NCBI RefSeq assembly: GCF_009914755.1
Contig: NC_060929.1
DNA: 64,000 nt
Direction: 5' to 3' (one strand)
Origin: the human T2T-CHM13v2.0 reference genome, Homo sapiens
Shown: positions 1 to 12,003 of the stretch, piece by piece
Position numbering within the stretch: the first letter of the stretch is position 1
Layout: each line of letters begins with the position of its first letter
The notes under the pieces: generated by a model
The model's input: the letters and a program-made list of their open reading frames with translations, nothing else
What the model was told of the DNA's origin: nothing
Databases searched by the model: none
Made by a program: the position numbers and the translations under genes

Positions 1-314
1 AAATACTAGACAACAGGAACAGAAGCGCAGGAAATCCAGATATCAAAATTATCAGAAATAGACTTTAAAGTAACTATGATTAATATGCTCAAGAATTAAA
101 AGTCAAGTTGGAGAATTTCACCAGAGAAAAAGAGAATAGGTGAAAGACAATGAAAAGAATGAACCATAGAAAAAATAAATGATGAAAAATGTGGCAAAGA
201 ATAAAGAGAAATATTCACAAAAATGAAAGGTCTAACATTCATAGAATTGAGTTCCCAAAGGTGAGCAAACAGAGTCAACAGCAGTCTTAAAAGAGATAAT
301 GGCTGAAGATTTTC
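1..314 (+). mobile_element. Ancient L1M ORF1-region fragment (resumes at ~2071-2140 after a younger L1 insertion)
   Basis: A-rich decayed ORF1-like text (GACTTTAAAGTAACTATGATTAATATGCTC; AAAGAGATAATGGCTGAAGATTTTC) that continues after 2071 as AATGGCTGAGAATTTTCAAAAACC...GACATCAATTCCCAGACACAAGAAGCTC. Confidence 0.6.
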
Positions 315-2070
315 TTTTTAAAAAAATATTTACCTACATGTTTATTTTATTTTATTTTATTTTAAAAACTTTTATTTTTGGTTCAGGGGTACATGTGCAG
401 TTTTGTTATATAGGTAAACTCATTTCATGGGGGTTGTTGTATAGATTCTTTAATCACCAAGGCACTAAGACTAGTACTGAAGAATTATTTTTTCTGAGCC
501 TCTCCCTCTTCCCACCCTCCACTCTTAGGTAAGCCCCAGTGTGTGTTGCTCCCTTCTTTGTGTCCATGTGTTCTCATCATTTATCTCCCATTTATAAGTG
601 AGAACATGCAATATTTGGTTTTTCTGTTCCTGAAATAGTTTGCTAAGGGTAATGGCCTCCAGCTCCAACCATGTTCCTGCAAAGGACATGCTCTTGTTCT
701 TTTTTATGCCTGCATAGTATTCCATGGTGTATATATACCATATTTTCTTTATCCAATCTGCCATTGATGGGCATTTTGGTTGCTTTCATGTCTTTGCTAT
801 GTAGAATAGTGCTGCAATGAACATATGCATGCATGTGTCCTTATGAGAACTATTTGTGTTCTTTGAGTATATACCCAGTAATAGGATTGCTGGGTCAAAT
901 AATAGTTCTGTTTTTAGCTCTTTGAGGAATCATCATACTGCTTTTCACAATAGTTGAAATAATTTGCACTCTTACCAACAGTGTATAAGCATTCCCTTTT
1001 CTCCACAACCTCACCAGCATTTGTTATTTTTTGATTTTTTAAAATTATTTTTAATTTTTTAATGTTTTATTTTTTTTTTGAGATGGAGTCTAGCTCTGTC
1101 GCCCAGGCTGGAGTGCAGTGGTGCGATCTTGGCTCACTGCAATCTCCCCTTCCGGGTTCCTGCCATTCTCCTGCCTCAGCCTTCCGAGTAGCTGGGACTA
1201 CAGGCACCCGCTACCATGCCTGGCTAATTTTTTGTATTTTTAGTAGAGACGGGGTTTCACCGTGTTAGCCAGGATGGTCTCAATCTCCTGACCTCATGAT
1301 CCACCCGCCCTGGCCTCCCAAAGTGCTGGGATTACCAGAGTGAGCCACCGCGCCCAGCCTTGACTTTTTAGTAATAACCATTCTGACTGGTATGAGATAA
1401 TTATCTCATTGTGGTTTTGATTTGCATTTCTTTAATGATCAGTGATGTTGAGCCTTTTTTTTTCATATACTTGTTAGTCACTCGTATGTCTTCGTTTGAA
1501 AAATATCCATTCATGTCCTTTGCCCACTTTTTAATGAGTTTTTTTCATGTAAATTTAAGTTCCTTATAGGTGCTAGATATTAGACTTTTGTTTGCAAATA
1601 TTTCCTCCCATCCTGTAGGTTGTCTGTTTACTTTTTTGATAGTTTCTTTTGCTGTGCAGAAGCTCTTAAGTTTAATTAGATCTCATTTGTCAATTTTTGC
1701 TTTTGTTGTGATTGCTTTTGGTGCCTTCATCATGAAATCTTTGCCAGTTCCTATATCCAGAATGGTATTGCCTAGGTTGCCTTCCAGGGCTTTTATGGTT
1801 TTAGGTTTTACATTTAAGTCTTTAATCCATCTTGAGTTAATTTTTGTATATGGTGTAAGGAAGGGGTCTAGTTTCAATCTTCTGCATATGGCTAACCAGT
1901 TATTCCAGCACCATTTATTGAATAGGGAGTCCTTTCTCCATTGCTTGTTTATGCCAGCTTTGTTGAAGATCAGATAGTTATAGGTGTGGGACCTTATTTC
2001 TGGGCTCTCTATTTTGTTCCATTGGTCTATGTTTCTTTTTTTGTACCAGGACCTTGCTGTCTTGGTTATT
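315..2070 (-). mobile_element. 5'-truncated older L1PA LINE-1 (3' UTR plus ORF2 C-terminal remnant), interrupted by an Alu
   Basis: Poly-T, then the L1PA 3' end GTTCAGGGGTACATGTGCAG. Minus ORFs 525-764 (WIKKIWYIYTMEYYA) and 1683-2114 ([11 protein letters not shown]...[10 protein letters not shown]...[20 protein letters not shown]) are L1 ORF2p motifs. TSD at 298-314 / 2075-2091. Confidence 0.93.
1042..1359 (-). mobile_element. Alu (AluY/AluSc-like) inserted in L1PA
   Basis: Full antisense dimer with GTTAGCCAGGATGGTCTC and GCCATTCTCC diagnostics; flanks TTGATTTTTTA / TTGACTTTTTA. Confidence 0.95.
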
Positions 2071-2367
2071 GAAAAATGGCTGAGAATTTTCAAAAACCAA
2101 TGCCAAGACATCAATTCCCAGACACAAGAAGCTCCTTAGCAATTATCACGTTGTGATATTTATCAAGCTGTATACCCCTCAACTCTGATTTTCCTGTGTG
2201 TAGGTCATGCCATAATAAATTATTAAAAATAAACAACTGCAAAGCACTGGAAAAAGAAATAACTAATGGTGAATAATAAAAGCAAAATGATTCAAAGTGG
2301 TATGCATGATACAGTGGCATAGAAACTCTAGGGCAGATGTAAGATATAATGGCTGTATGTCAAATGC

Positions 2368-2673
2368 TTTTTTTTTTTTTTTTTGAGACAGGATCTTGCT
2401 CCATCATCCAGGCTGGACTGCAGTGGTGTGATCATGGCTCACTGCAGCCTCAAATTCCTGGGCTTAAGCAATCCTCTGCCTAAGCCTCCAGAGTAGCTGA
2501 GACTACAGACAGGCAAGTGCCACCATGCCTGGTTAATTTTTTTTTTTAATTTTGTAGAGATGAGGGTCTTGCTGTGTTGAGCAGTCTTGTTTTAAACTCC
2601 TGGCCTCAAGTAATCTCCCAGTTTCAGCCTCCCAAATTGCTGGGATTACAGGCATAAGCCACAGTGCCTGGCC
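2368..2673 (-). mobile_element. AluJ
   Basis: Poly-T, GAGACAGGATCTTGCTC...GATCATGGCTCACTGCAGCCTC...AAGCAATCCTC; flanked by AAATGC on both sides. Confidence 0.92.
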
Positions 2674-2694
2674 TAAAATGCAACTCTTTATCAA

Positions 2695-2830
2695 GTAGTG
2701 GAAAGATTAATGGCTTTCAAGTCAGCTAGATTGAGATTTAAATCCCAAGTAGGTATCTCACTAGCTCTGTGACCTTGGGCAAGTAACTTAACCAATTTCT
2801 TATCTTAAAGAAAGATGAATACTTCTCAAT
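2695..2830 (+). mobile_element. MIR SINE fragment
   Basis: Core CACTAGCTCTGTGACCTTGGGCAAGTAACTTAACC. Confidence 0.8.
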
Positions 2831-3039
2831 CCATAAACTGAACTCCCTTGTTCCTCTCTGTCTGCATCTCACTTCCTTGGCAAGGCCCCAGTCCTCTGGC
2901 CATGCTGTCCCTTCCCTTGTGCTGTGGGAGGCTGGACAGAAGAACACCATTGTGCTGACCCTGCTCTTGTTAAATTTGTGGCCACTGACAGCCCTGAGAG
3001 CTGCCTGGCCATCATGTTACATGTATAGATCACTGTCTG

Positions 3040-4788
3040 ACACCTTCTCCTCTCTCAAAACCTGCGTCAACTCTTCCTTCATCCTTGTATCAGCTGATTT
3101 CTTTGCTTCTTTAGTTTCATGGAGGAAATCAGAGTGATCAGAAAAGAATTGCTGCCAGCTCCCTCCCCGTCATCCACCCACCTCCCCCAGCTGTGCCGAC
3201 TCCTCCATTTCCTCTCCTGTTACTAAGGATAAATCCTATCCCCTCTCGGCTTCTCAAGGACATCACTCTGGTAATTCTCCTCTCTCTCCTTCGTGATCAA
3301 TTTCTCCCTCCCTATTGGGTCATTTCCATCAGCAAATGAACATGCCATTATTTCTTTCCGTGTTGCAAAATGACCTTCCTTTCTTTCCACTTTTCGTTGC
3401 AGCAGCTGCCCTCGTTTTGCTCTCAATGTGACTCAAATCAGACCTTTGTTCCTACCGCTCCTGGGATCTCTGGTCAAGGTCACAGGTGATAGGCCCAAGG
3501 TTATATCCAGGGGTTAATTCTAAGTGTTCCTCCTTCCCCCAGCAGCAATGCCCAAAGCTGGTCCTCCTTTTTTGTGAAGCATCCTCTTTACTTGGCTTCC
3601 AGAACACACAACTGGCTTTTCCCCTTTAGTCTCCTTTGCAGGGTTCCTTCTCTGTTTTCTTTAAACCTTGATATGCCTCAGGTTCTATCCTTGAATGTCT
3701 TTCTTTCTCTATCGATGCTTTAAGTCTCTTGGTTTTAAACACCCTAGATTTGCTGTTGCTTCTCAATTTATATATCTAGCCATGATCAACATCCTGAACT
3801 CCAGACTACTGTATCTAACTTCCCATACAGCATCTTCAATTTTAAGCCTAACAGGTGTCTGAAATTTGCTATGTCTGATCTAAAATTTGCTATGTCCGGA
3901 ACAAAACTCCTGATCATCCTCTTGCAACCTGTTCCACTTGCTCTTGTTATCACAGTCAATGACAGCTCCATCCTTCCAGCCGCCCAGGGTCAAGACCATG
4001 GAGTGATTGCTCAGTGCTTTCTCTCACCCTCTCTATCCTGGTTCTCAGTATATCCTGAGAGCTGTACCCCAACCCGTATCCCGAATCCAGCCCCACCTCC
4101 CCAGGCCCACCTCTACAGCCCTGGGCTGAGCAAGCATTTCTGTCACTTAGGCTTGTGCAGTGCCTGCCTGGTCTTCCTTCTGCTCCTTGCTCCTCACCCA
4201 TTTCAGCCCAGCAGCCAGGAGGGTGTTAAAACATAAACCAGGTCACCCCCTTCCTTGGCTGTTGCACCTTTGAATTTCCTGTCTCACTTGGAATGAACAC
4301 AGATGTTCTAACGTTGAACCACGATGCTCTGCAGTACCCATGCCCTCCCTGACTTCATTCTCTGTGACCCTTCCCTGACTGACTCTGCTCCAGCTTCTCC
4401 AGCCCTGAGTCTCCCTGCTGGTCCTCAGCCCTGCCAGCTCTGCTCGTGCCTTGGGACCTGGGCTCCACTCGCCCATCTGTCCGGGATGCCCCCCAAGGAC
4501 GGCATCAAGGCCGCCTCTACCCGCTTCTCCTTCCGTCTCCACATGACCTCCCCTCCCAGTGATACTTCCCTGCCTACTGGTTCTCTTTCCCTGCTTTACT
4601 TTTCTCCTGCCCACCTTCACATGTAATACATGATGGAGGTTTAAATTTATGTTGTTTATCATCTCCCCTCTCCTGCTAAAACAAGAAATTTGTCAGGGTG
4701 GGCGTTTCCTCTGGTTGGCTGCAGGCTGGAATTCCAGGGAAAGTGCAGCACACAGCAGCTGCTCGGGGAGTGTGTGTTGAGGGATGAA
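3040..4788 (+). mobile_element. L2 LINE 3' portion (highly diverged)
   Basis: Pyrimidine-rich L2-like motifs (TCATTTCCATCAGCAAATGAACATGC; CCTGAACTCCAGACT; CAAAACTCCTGATC) ending in a degenerate L2 tail (...CACACAGCAGCTGCTC...TGTTGAGGGATGAA). Confidence 0.7.
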
Positions 4789-5424
4789 GTGTGGCTGCAA
4801 AGTCCTGGCCTTAGAAGGCACCCATGGGGTTCCCTCCTCTCCACTCTCCATCTCTGCTCACAGCATATCCACAGGAGCTGAGTATGGTGGGCTACAGTGA
4901 CTGATGGTCCTGACTCAGCGCTTCCCCCATCCCGACCCCAGTAGGAAGTGTGGCAAGCACCAGTGTCCAGCCTGTGTCATGGCAGCAGTGGCTCTGTGGG
5001 GAGGTCGGGGGCGCAGTGTCAGCAGACACTCAGTGGCCGAGCTGGGACTCTAATGGCCAAATTGGCAAACTGAGAAATGAAACGTGTTTCCCTTGGGCTG
5101 TTGAGCAGGGGCTCCTCACTGTCAGCACCGTTCTGCTCACCCAAGCCAGAGACCTGGGCTATGATGTCGAGGGCTTACCTCCAGAAACATCAGAGTGGTT
5201 GGGGCCATGGAACCCACCTGATGTGACCTATGGGCATGGGCCGGTGCCCTCTGCAGGAGAAAATCCTTCCTCCACTCTGTGCCCAGGATTGCAGCTGACC
5301 CCTTGACCCCTGCACACTGTGGGCCTTTGTTTGTCCACATTGGAAGCAAAGCCTGCTTTGGTCTACATGGACATTTTCTAGTTAAAAATTTAATAGAGCC
5401 TCAAGGTCCCACAGTTAAACATGG

Positions 5425-5530
5425 TCTAGCCTTTTCATTTCACCTGCAGGAAACTGAGGCCCAGAGAGGTGACAATGTGCCCAGTGCGAAGAGGACCCAT
5501 AGAGCTTGGCTTCAATGCCCGAGCAACTGA
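5425..5530 (-). mobile_element. MIR fragment
   Basis: GGAAACTGAGGCCCAGAGAGGTGAC is the antisense MIR core. Confidence 0.65.
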
Positions 5531-6039
5531 CTCCCGTTCCATGTCCTTCGGGTGCTGCTCCTGGCTGTCTCCCTGATCTTTCTAGAAAGCAGGTGCATGC
5601 AGTGTAGTTGGTGTGAGATGCAGCTCCTTGGGAAGCTGATGGCAACTCCCGCACTACTGCACCTGCCACAGGAGCCGCCTCCCCAGCCCGCCTGAACTGG
5701 CAGGTGTTTGAGGCTCAGCATGCTGAGACCACGTGGTCACTGGCACCTGGGGCCAGCAATCAGGCAGCCCAGTGAGCCAGGAGCTCCAGCTGTGGTCCTG
5801 GGCCCCCACCTACAGCTCCAGGGCAGGCTGGATCCAACTCCCTCCGTTGGCGCCAGCTTCTGTGGCAGCCTTTCCTGCCTTAGAGAGTGCTTGGCCAGCA
5901 TCAAGCTCTCCATGCGTGGGGAGAGGGGAGGGGTCTGCAGCTGAAATGGCAGCTCTGTTACTAAGTGGATATTGTGGCTGTTGGAAACAATGCTGATGGG
6001 GTGTGCCCAAAGCTGGCCATGTTTAGGGGATTCAGGTGT

Positions 6040-6240
6040 AGAGGGCATTGTGTGAACACTGCAGGATCAAACAGTTGGCTGAAGACCTCAGCTCTGCCCT
6101 TGACTTCCTCATCGTATCAAGGTGTCACTCCACCTTGCTCAGCCACAGTTTCCTCATTTGCAACAGGTAATGACAGACCCACCTCTGGGCTGTCGTGAGG
6201 TTTCACTAACCTGACCAAGGTGTGTGCTCAGGCCTTTGTG
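6040..6240 (+). mobile_element. MIR fragment
   Basis: CAGTTTCCTCATTTGCAACAGGTAATGACAGACCCACCTC...GCTGTCGTGAGG. Confidence 0.6.
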
Positions 6241-6313
6241 ACATTGTGACATTACCCTGCAGTCATGAACACGTAATCACTGGAAGCTGATTTTGATATC
6301 TATTATTGCACAT

Positions 6314-6700
6314 TGGCAAAGACTCTCTCTTTGACCAAACTTTAGACAGGTGCCTCTGAGCATTCTTTTCCACCAGCCCTGTCCTCAGGGTGTCTTAACA
6401 AAGAACCCTGCTAAGCCAGCCCCCACGGTGATACCTGATCCCCCCCCACACCCCTGCATTCAGCAAGGATCCAGGTAAGCTGGCTTAGCAGGTACTCCCT
6501 ACCCTGATGTCTCCTCTTACTAATTTCCATCCACGGACTGAGCCCCTGGCACTGCTCCTTGGCCACAGAGCCCAACCTGGTTTTGTATTTGGAGCGGAGC
6601 TCAGCTCCATACTGAAATCTCCTTTCCCTGGTTGCAGCAGCACTGAATAGAATCTGTCTTTAGCCCCGTAGACTGTGTCCAGCTCTGTTTCTCCTTGACA
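6314..6700 (+). mobile_element. ERV1 solo LTR, MER31-like
   Basis: Starts TGGCAAAGACTCTCTCTTTGACCAAACTTTAG, ends CCTTGACA (TG...CA); degenerate polyA signal near 6645. Confidence 0.7.
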
Positions 6701-8451
6701 AATGCCAGGTCCTGCTTTCTCTTCAGTTGTTCTTCCGGGAATTATGTGCATATTGGAAACACTGTAGAAGCACAAACTGGGGGAAAAGAGAAAAGAGAGA
6801 GGAGGGCAGCCTTCCTGATTCACAAAGGAGCAAACAGGGCTTGTCCTGAATGGCTGTTCATGTTGTATGATCACCTGAATACTGTACAAAATTTGGACTG
6901 TGGACAGGGGCAGCCTCAGGGGCAGCCTTCTGCCTGAGCCTGGAGACTCCTTCTTCAGGATGTTGGGAGACTGGGGTGGTGGGAGGCAGGGAGGCTAGGG
7001 GCTGGGGAAGCTGATGGAAGACGCCATCTCTTATGTAGAGTGCATGAAGGGGTCACCCATGGCTTCACTCAGACTAAAGCTGTTCATCCCAAACCAAGTC
7101 TACTTCCTTTGTGAAGAGCTCCGAGGTGCCAAGGGCCTCCCTCCACTGTCCACACTCACTCGAGGTGGAGGCTGTGGTGGGTACGGACTGGGGGAGGTGG
7201 GGTAGGCGTGGCCACGACATAGCCTGCACTGGCACAGCTCTCACCCAGGGAGTTCCTCCATCTTAGATAACTATTTTGTTTTGAAATATAGATTTGTTCC
7301 TCCCAGAAGTCTAAAGCCAGGCACTGTTTAGCCTGTGGCAGAATCTCCTTTAGCCGCTCTGTGGCACCTCAGTCTGAGGGCTCCGGGGAACCCTGACCGA
7401 GAACACTGCAGCTCCAGGTGCAGATGGGCACCTCTGTCTTCCGAGGGGAAGGGGGCTAAGAGTATGTGGCCAGGACTGGCTGCGGTTTCTTAACTGTTCT
7501 GGATAGTCAATCTTCGCACTTGGAAAAACGAAAGATACCATCAGAAATAGTAGACACTTTTCTCTGAGAATCTCAGCCTCCAAACATGGAAACATTGCCT
7601 CCTCTGTGAAATTGTTTGGTCACTGACCCTTGTGACGGTGTGTGAGGGTGGAGGGCCAGGGAGGGGAAGAGATGCTGCCATTTACACACCTTTGTGCTCT
7701 GTGCACAGTCAGTGTGAGGGTCTTGTTAGCAGCTAGGAGTGCCAAGATGCGGCAGAAGCTCTGCAGGCACCGACAGCCGAGGGGAGGAGCAGACAGACAG
7801 ACATTTCTACCTGGCTGTGCCGTGGGCTGTGATGAAAGGTGCCCTGGTTCTGGGAACCCCGAGGAAGCCACATGACCCAGCCTAGGTCAGGGCAGGAGCG
7901 ATGAGAGGCTTTCTGCAATCAGCCCTGCATGTGGTCTGATGACACTGAAGCAAGAGCACAAGCAAGAGCATTCCAGCCCTCACTCTCGAAATAAAGACAA
8001 AGGATCAAAAGCACACCAAATGAAACATGCTGCCCTGGGCTTGGGTCTCCACATGTCCAGGATCATTAGTGTGATTTTGGATGTTCCAGATGAGGCGAGA
8101 GGTGGTAGGCAGGGCCTGATTTGGGAGAACGGTGAGAATCAGGCTCAGAGGCTCAGACTCTCCAGCTGCAGAGGAGCCTCCACTCCCGAGCAGGCGAGGG
8201 AGGTGAGCAGGTCTCTGCTTTGAGAGGACCCTCCAGCTGCATTGCAGAGGACAGACAATGGACAGCAAAGAAGGGAGGCCAAGGGGCCCATCAGGGCCTC
8301 AGCCAAGGCCAGGCTCTATGAAAGGGAGAGAAGGTGGAGAAATGGGTGTGATACTCACCAGACCACTGTGGGGGGATGGGCATAGAACCAGGGCAGTGCC
8401 CAGGAGGACGAGGAGGCCGACTTAAGCTGGCTCGCTGCTTCCACAGGTGGG

Positions 8452-8889
8452 TGCTGTCAGTGGAACTGGGTCTTCCAGAAAGATCTGTTGAAGTCCTAAC
8501 TCCCAGTACCTGTGAATGCAACCTTGTTTGGAAATAGATCTTTGCAGATGGGATCAAGTTAAAAATGAGGCCGTACTGGATTAGCGTGGGCCTTAATCCA
8601 AGAACTGGTCTCTCATAAGGAGAGATGCAAAGGGAGCAGGAGGCACAGGGAGAATGACAGGGGACAGCAGGCAGCGATCTGCATGATGCAGCCGCAAGCC
8701 AAGGAAGGCCAGGATGGCTGGGAGCACTGGAAGCCAGGAGCCAAGGGCTCTTCCCCAGGGCCTTTAGGGACACTGACAGCACCTGGATGGCATAGTTCTG
8801 GCCTCCAGAACTGCAAGAAGATAAATTTCTGTAATTTTAGCCTCTCAGTTTGTGGAACTTTATTCCAGCAGCAACAGGGAACTAATACA
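8452..8889 (+). mobile_element. MaLR solo LTR, MLT1B/C-like
   Basis: GTTGAAGTCCTAACTCCCAGTACCTGTGAATG...TTTGGAAATAG...TTGCAGATG; ends CAGCAACAGGGAACTAATACA. Confidence 0.85.
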
Positions 8890-9439
8890 TTTAGCTTGGA
8901 ACAGCAAAGAAAAGGCATGAAAGGAGGAAGGTGTGGGGGTTCCAGGAAGCCTCACGCACAGGGAAATACAGCAGGGCTGCGTTCAAGGCTGAGTGGAGAG
9001 GGCCGTGAGTGAGAGAGAAGCTGTGGGGAGAAGAGGGAGATGGATGGAAGTGATAACAGAGGCAGCGGTGGCCTTAGACATGAGGTGAAAATTCCAGAAT
9101 CTCCACTAAATGCCATTTACCGTCAGTGAAGGACATCCCCGGCCTTTGAAAATCCAGGCTGGATGATGAAAGACATGCGGCTTTCTGGAAGCCCTCTTGA
9201 GAATGAAAGGAAGGCATCCGTGTCAAGGTTGACAGAACGCATGGAGCTGCACAGCAGAAGGAGTCAGTGTCTGTCAGTTCCGATGCCCCAGTGACCTCCC
9301 TTGAGGATGTGTTGTTTAATCCACTGCCACAGCTTCTTCCATTCACAGATTCAGAGGGTACTCAGCTGCTCTGTGACTGTGAGTTCCTGGAAGGGAGCTG
9401 AGTCTGTGGAATCCATTCTCTAGATGACTAAGGGGCTTT

Positions 9440-9875
9440 GGACTAGTTTCCTAGGACTGATATAACAAAGTGCCACAAACTTTATGGTTTAAAACCAAGG
9501 AAATGGGATTCTTTTACAGTTCTGGAGGTTGGAAGTCCAAATCAAGGTGTGGGCAGGGCCATACTATCTCTGAGAGCTCCAAGGAGGGGCTTCTTGCCTC
9601 CTCTTGTTTTGGGGGGTCACTGGTGGCTCATGGCATTCCTTGGCTTGTAGACACATCACTCCAATCTCTGTCTCTGTCCACACGTGACATTCTTCTCTGT
9701 GTGTCTCTGTGTCCGTTTTCCCTTTTTATTAGAACACCAGTGTTTGGGTTAGGACCCAGCCTAATGCAACATGACCCCATCTTAACTAATTACATCTGCA
9801 AAGACCCTATTTTAAAACAAGATTATACTCTGAGGTTCATGGTGGACAAGAATTTCAGGGAGACACTCTTCAGCC
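9440..9875 (-). mobile_element. MaLR solo LTR, MLT1C-like
   Basis: TAGTTTCCTAGG...ACAAAGTGCCACAAAC...CAGTTCTGGAGGTTGGAAGTCCAAATCAAGGTG...ACATCTGCAAAGACCCTATTT. Confidence 0.85.
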
Positions 9876-11707
9876 TGGAAGAGACCTCATAAGTATTTAA
9901 CTTCGTTCACGTCCTGAGTCCTGACACCCCTCTGCTCCGCTCACCTTGCTGGTCTCATTTGCCCATTTTGTAATTAAGACATTCTTAAGTGTCTGCTCTA
10001 GCAGAGGCCTTGTAAAAGGGGTTTCTTCTGTACTATCCAGTTCCATGTCCACCTTTCCTACCAAGGACAAAAGCTGAATTAAAAATTGCATTTCACTTGT
10101 AAAAAAAAAATACTTCCATAAGGCGTGAATGGCTTTTGTGGTAAGAGTCATTTGAGAATGGTAAAATGTGAGTATATACCTAGAAGTGGAAAAAAAAGAG
10201 AGAATGGCAAAACAACTAAAGAGATGGCAAAGTTATGTCTGCACCCACGCAAACCAGTTTTGAAAAAATAAAATTATTCATGAGCAATCAGTAACTTGGA
10301 AATATGGGGGTTTTTTGGGGTCTAATTGGGTATAGAGATCACATTAGAAACCCAGTGACAATATATGTTTTCTATATATTACCTATCTTTTATAGAGTCA
10401 TGAAACCTCATCTGTCACAGGAGTAGAGAAAAAAAAAAGTCATGAAAACTGAATATTTTAGGAACTTGAATGTTTTTTCTTAGCAACCTCATTGAACACA
10501 TAACCTCTCTCCCCGGCTTGGTATGAAAGATGGCTGGCTGTGCTCTGCTTCCGCCTGGAATGGAGTTTCTCTGTGGGCATTTGTCTTTCAGGTTTCTCCC
10601 TGAGAGCACTCACAGAGGCTGGCGTGTTCCTTATTGTTTTTTAAGCACCATTATCCATTTGCATCTAACATCCATTGCTGTTGTGTTGGATCTACTAGGC
10701 GCCGGCCACTTAAGCCTTTAAGTGTGGCTAGAACGTCTTCTCTGACAGAAGGAAAACCTACCATATCACTTCCGCAGATGATGGGTTTTGCTGTTCTATT
10801 CATCTTGCTGTGTTTTCACGTTTTAATAATTGTTTTGTTTATATTTCTCCTACAGACATGTTCTCGTGTTTATAATGCAGGACCAAATCTTTCCTTGGCA
10901 GCCTTAGAGCTTGGTGGTCTTGCATTCAACATCCCCCAGCATCGCTTTCCAGGGGCTGTGTGACAGTGGCGGTTCCTGCATCCCAGCAGGCTTTGTCCTT
11001 GCCTTTCTTTTCTGTACTGATTCAAAAAAACAGAACTATTCAAGTATTTTATTGTAAAATTAGGAACATATAGCTTGCTTTTTTTCAAGAATATTCTCTT
11101 TTCAAAGGAACGTAAGATTAAGGTGCACACATCTGCAGTCTGTAAAAGGCCTTGAGGATACATCTTTTCAATAAAAAGATTGTCTTTTTATTTGCTTTGA
11201 TTAAAAACAGCAGCATTCCCTGCTGCCAAATAACTCACCTGGGTTTCATCTCACTCATCACTATCAATGAGCGGAAAAGGCATGCATCACAATGAGCTTC
11301 ATTCAAAACATCAAGGCAAAAGAGTCTCAAAAAGGATCCCTGTGGGGTGTGAGTGGGTTGCATGTTCAAGATCACAGGCAGCCAATTTCTTAACATCTTT
11401 ATTCTCAGCCATCTGGTCAGACTGCCTCCGGGGACAAGGAGGCTGTCATGCTCTGTATCCCTTGAGCATATAGCCACGCATCCAGCCTTGTCCATGGTGA
11501 GTCTGGATCATGCAGTGCACAGCTGCTGTTGACATGCATCCCTGCCATTTCATGTGGTCAGAGAGAGAGAACATGCCACTTTGCCAGAACCTCTATGATG
11601 GGCATGGTCAGGTGCATTCTGTTCCAAAGGTCTCAGGTGGAACACTCAGGGGTGTGGGAGTTAAAATTTTTTTTAAAAAGAGACAGAAGCAACCTACCCG
11701 TTTCAGA

Positions 11708-12003
11708 ATGATGTTAATGGTGGTGGTGATGATAATGTTGGTGTTGATGGTGATGACAATATTGGTAGTGGTGGTGGAGAGGATGATGATGATGATGGTG
11801 GTGGTGATGATGATTATGGTAGTGAAGACAGTGATAGTGATGATAGTGGTGATGATGATGTTGATGGTAACGATGATGGTGATGATGATGATGATGAAGA
11901 GAATCATGGTGACAGTAATACAGACAGTGATGGTAATGATGATGATGGTGATAGTGATGATGATGATGATGATGGTAATGGTAATGGTGACGGTTATAAC
12001 TAT
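11708..12003. repeat. Degenerate (GAT/GGT)n trinucleotide low-complexity tract, ~300 bp
   Basis: ATGATGATG/GTGGTGATG runs held in one triplet phase. Confidence 0.95.

Noticed and set aside
1683-2114. 143-aa minus ORF with recognisable protein motifs
   Set aside because: It is a decayed LINE-1 ORF2p C-terminal fragment within a 5'-truncated L1PA, not a host gene.
3858-3899. 21-bp tandem duplication (TCTGAAATTTGCTATGTCTGA-like x2)
   Set aside because: Ordinary diverged slippage duplication inside an L2 relic.
6964-7008. G-run cluster (possible G4)
   Set aside because: Longer irregular loops, common in GC-rich primate DNA, and no supporting context.
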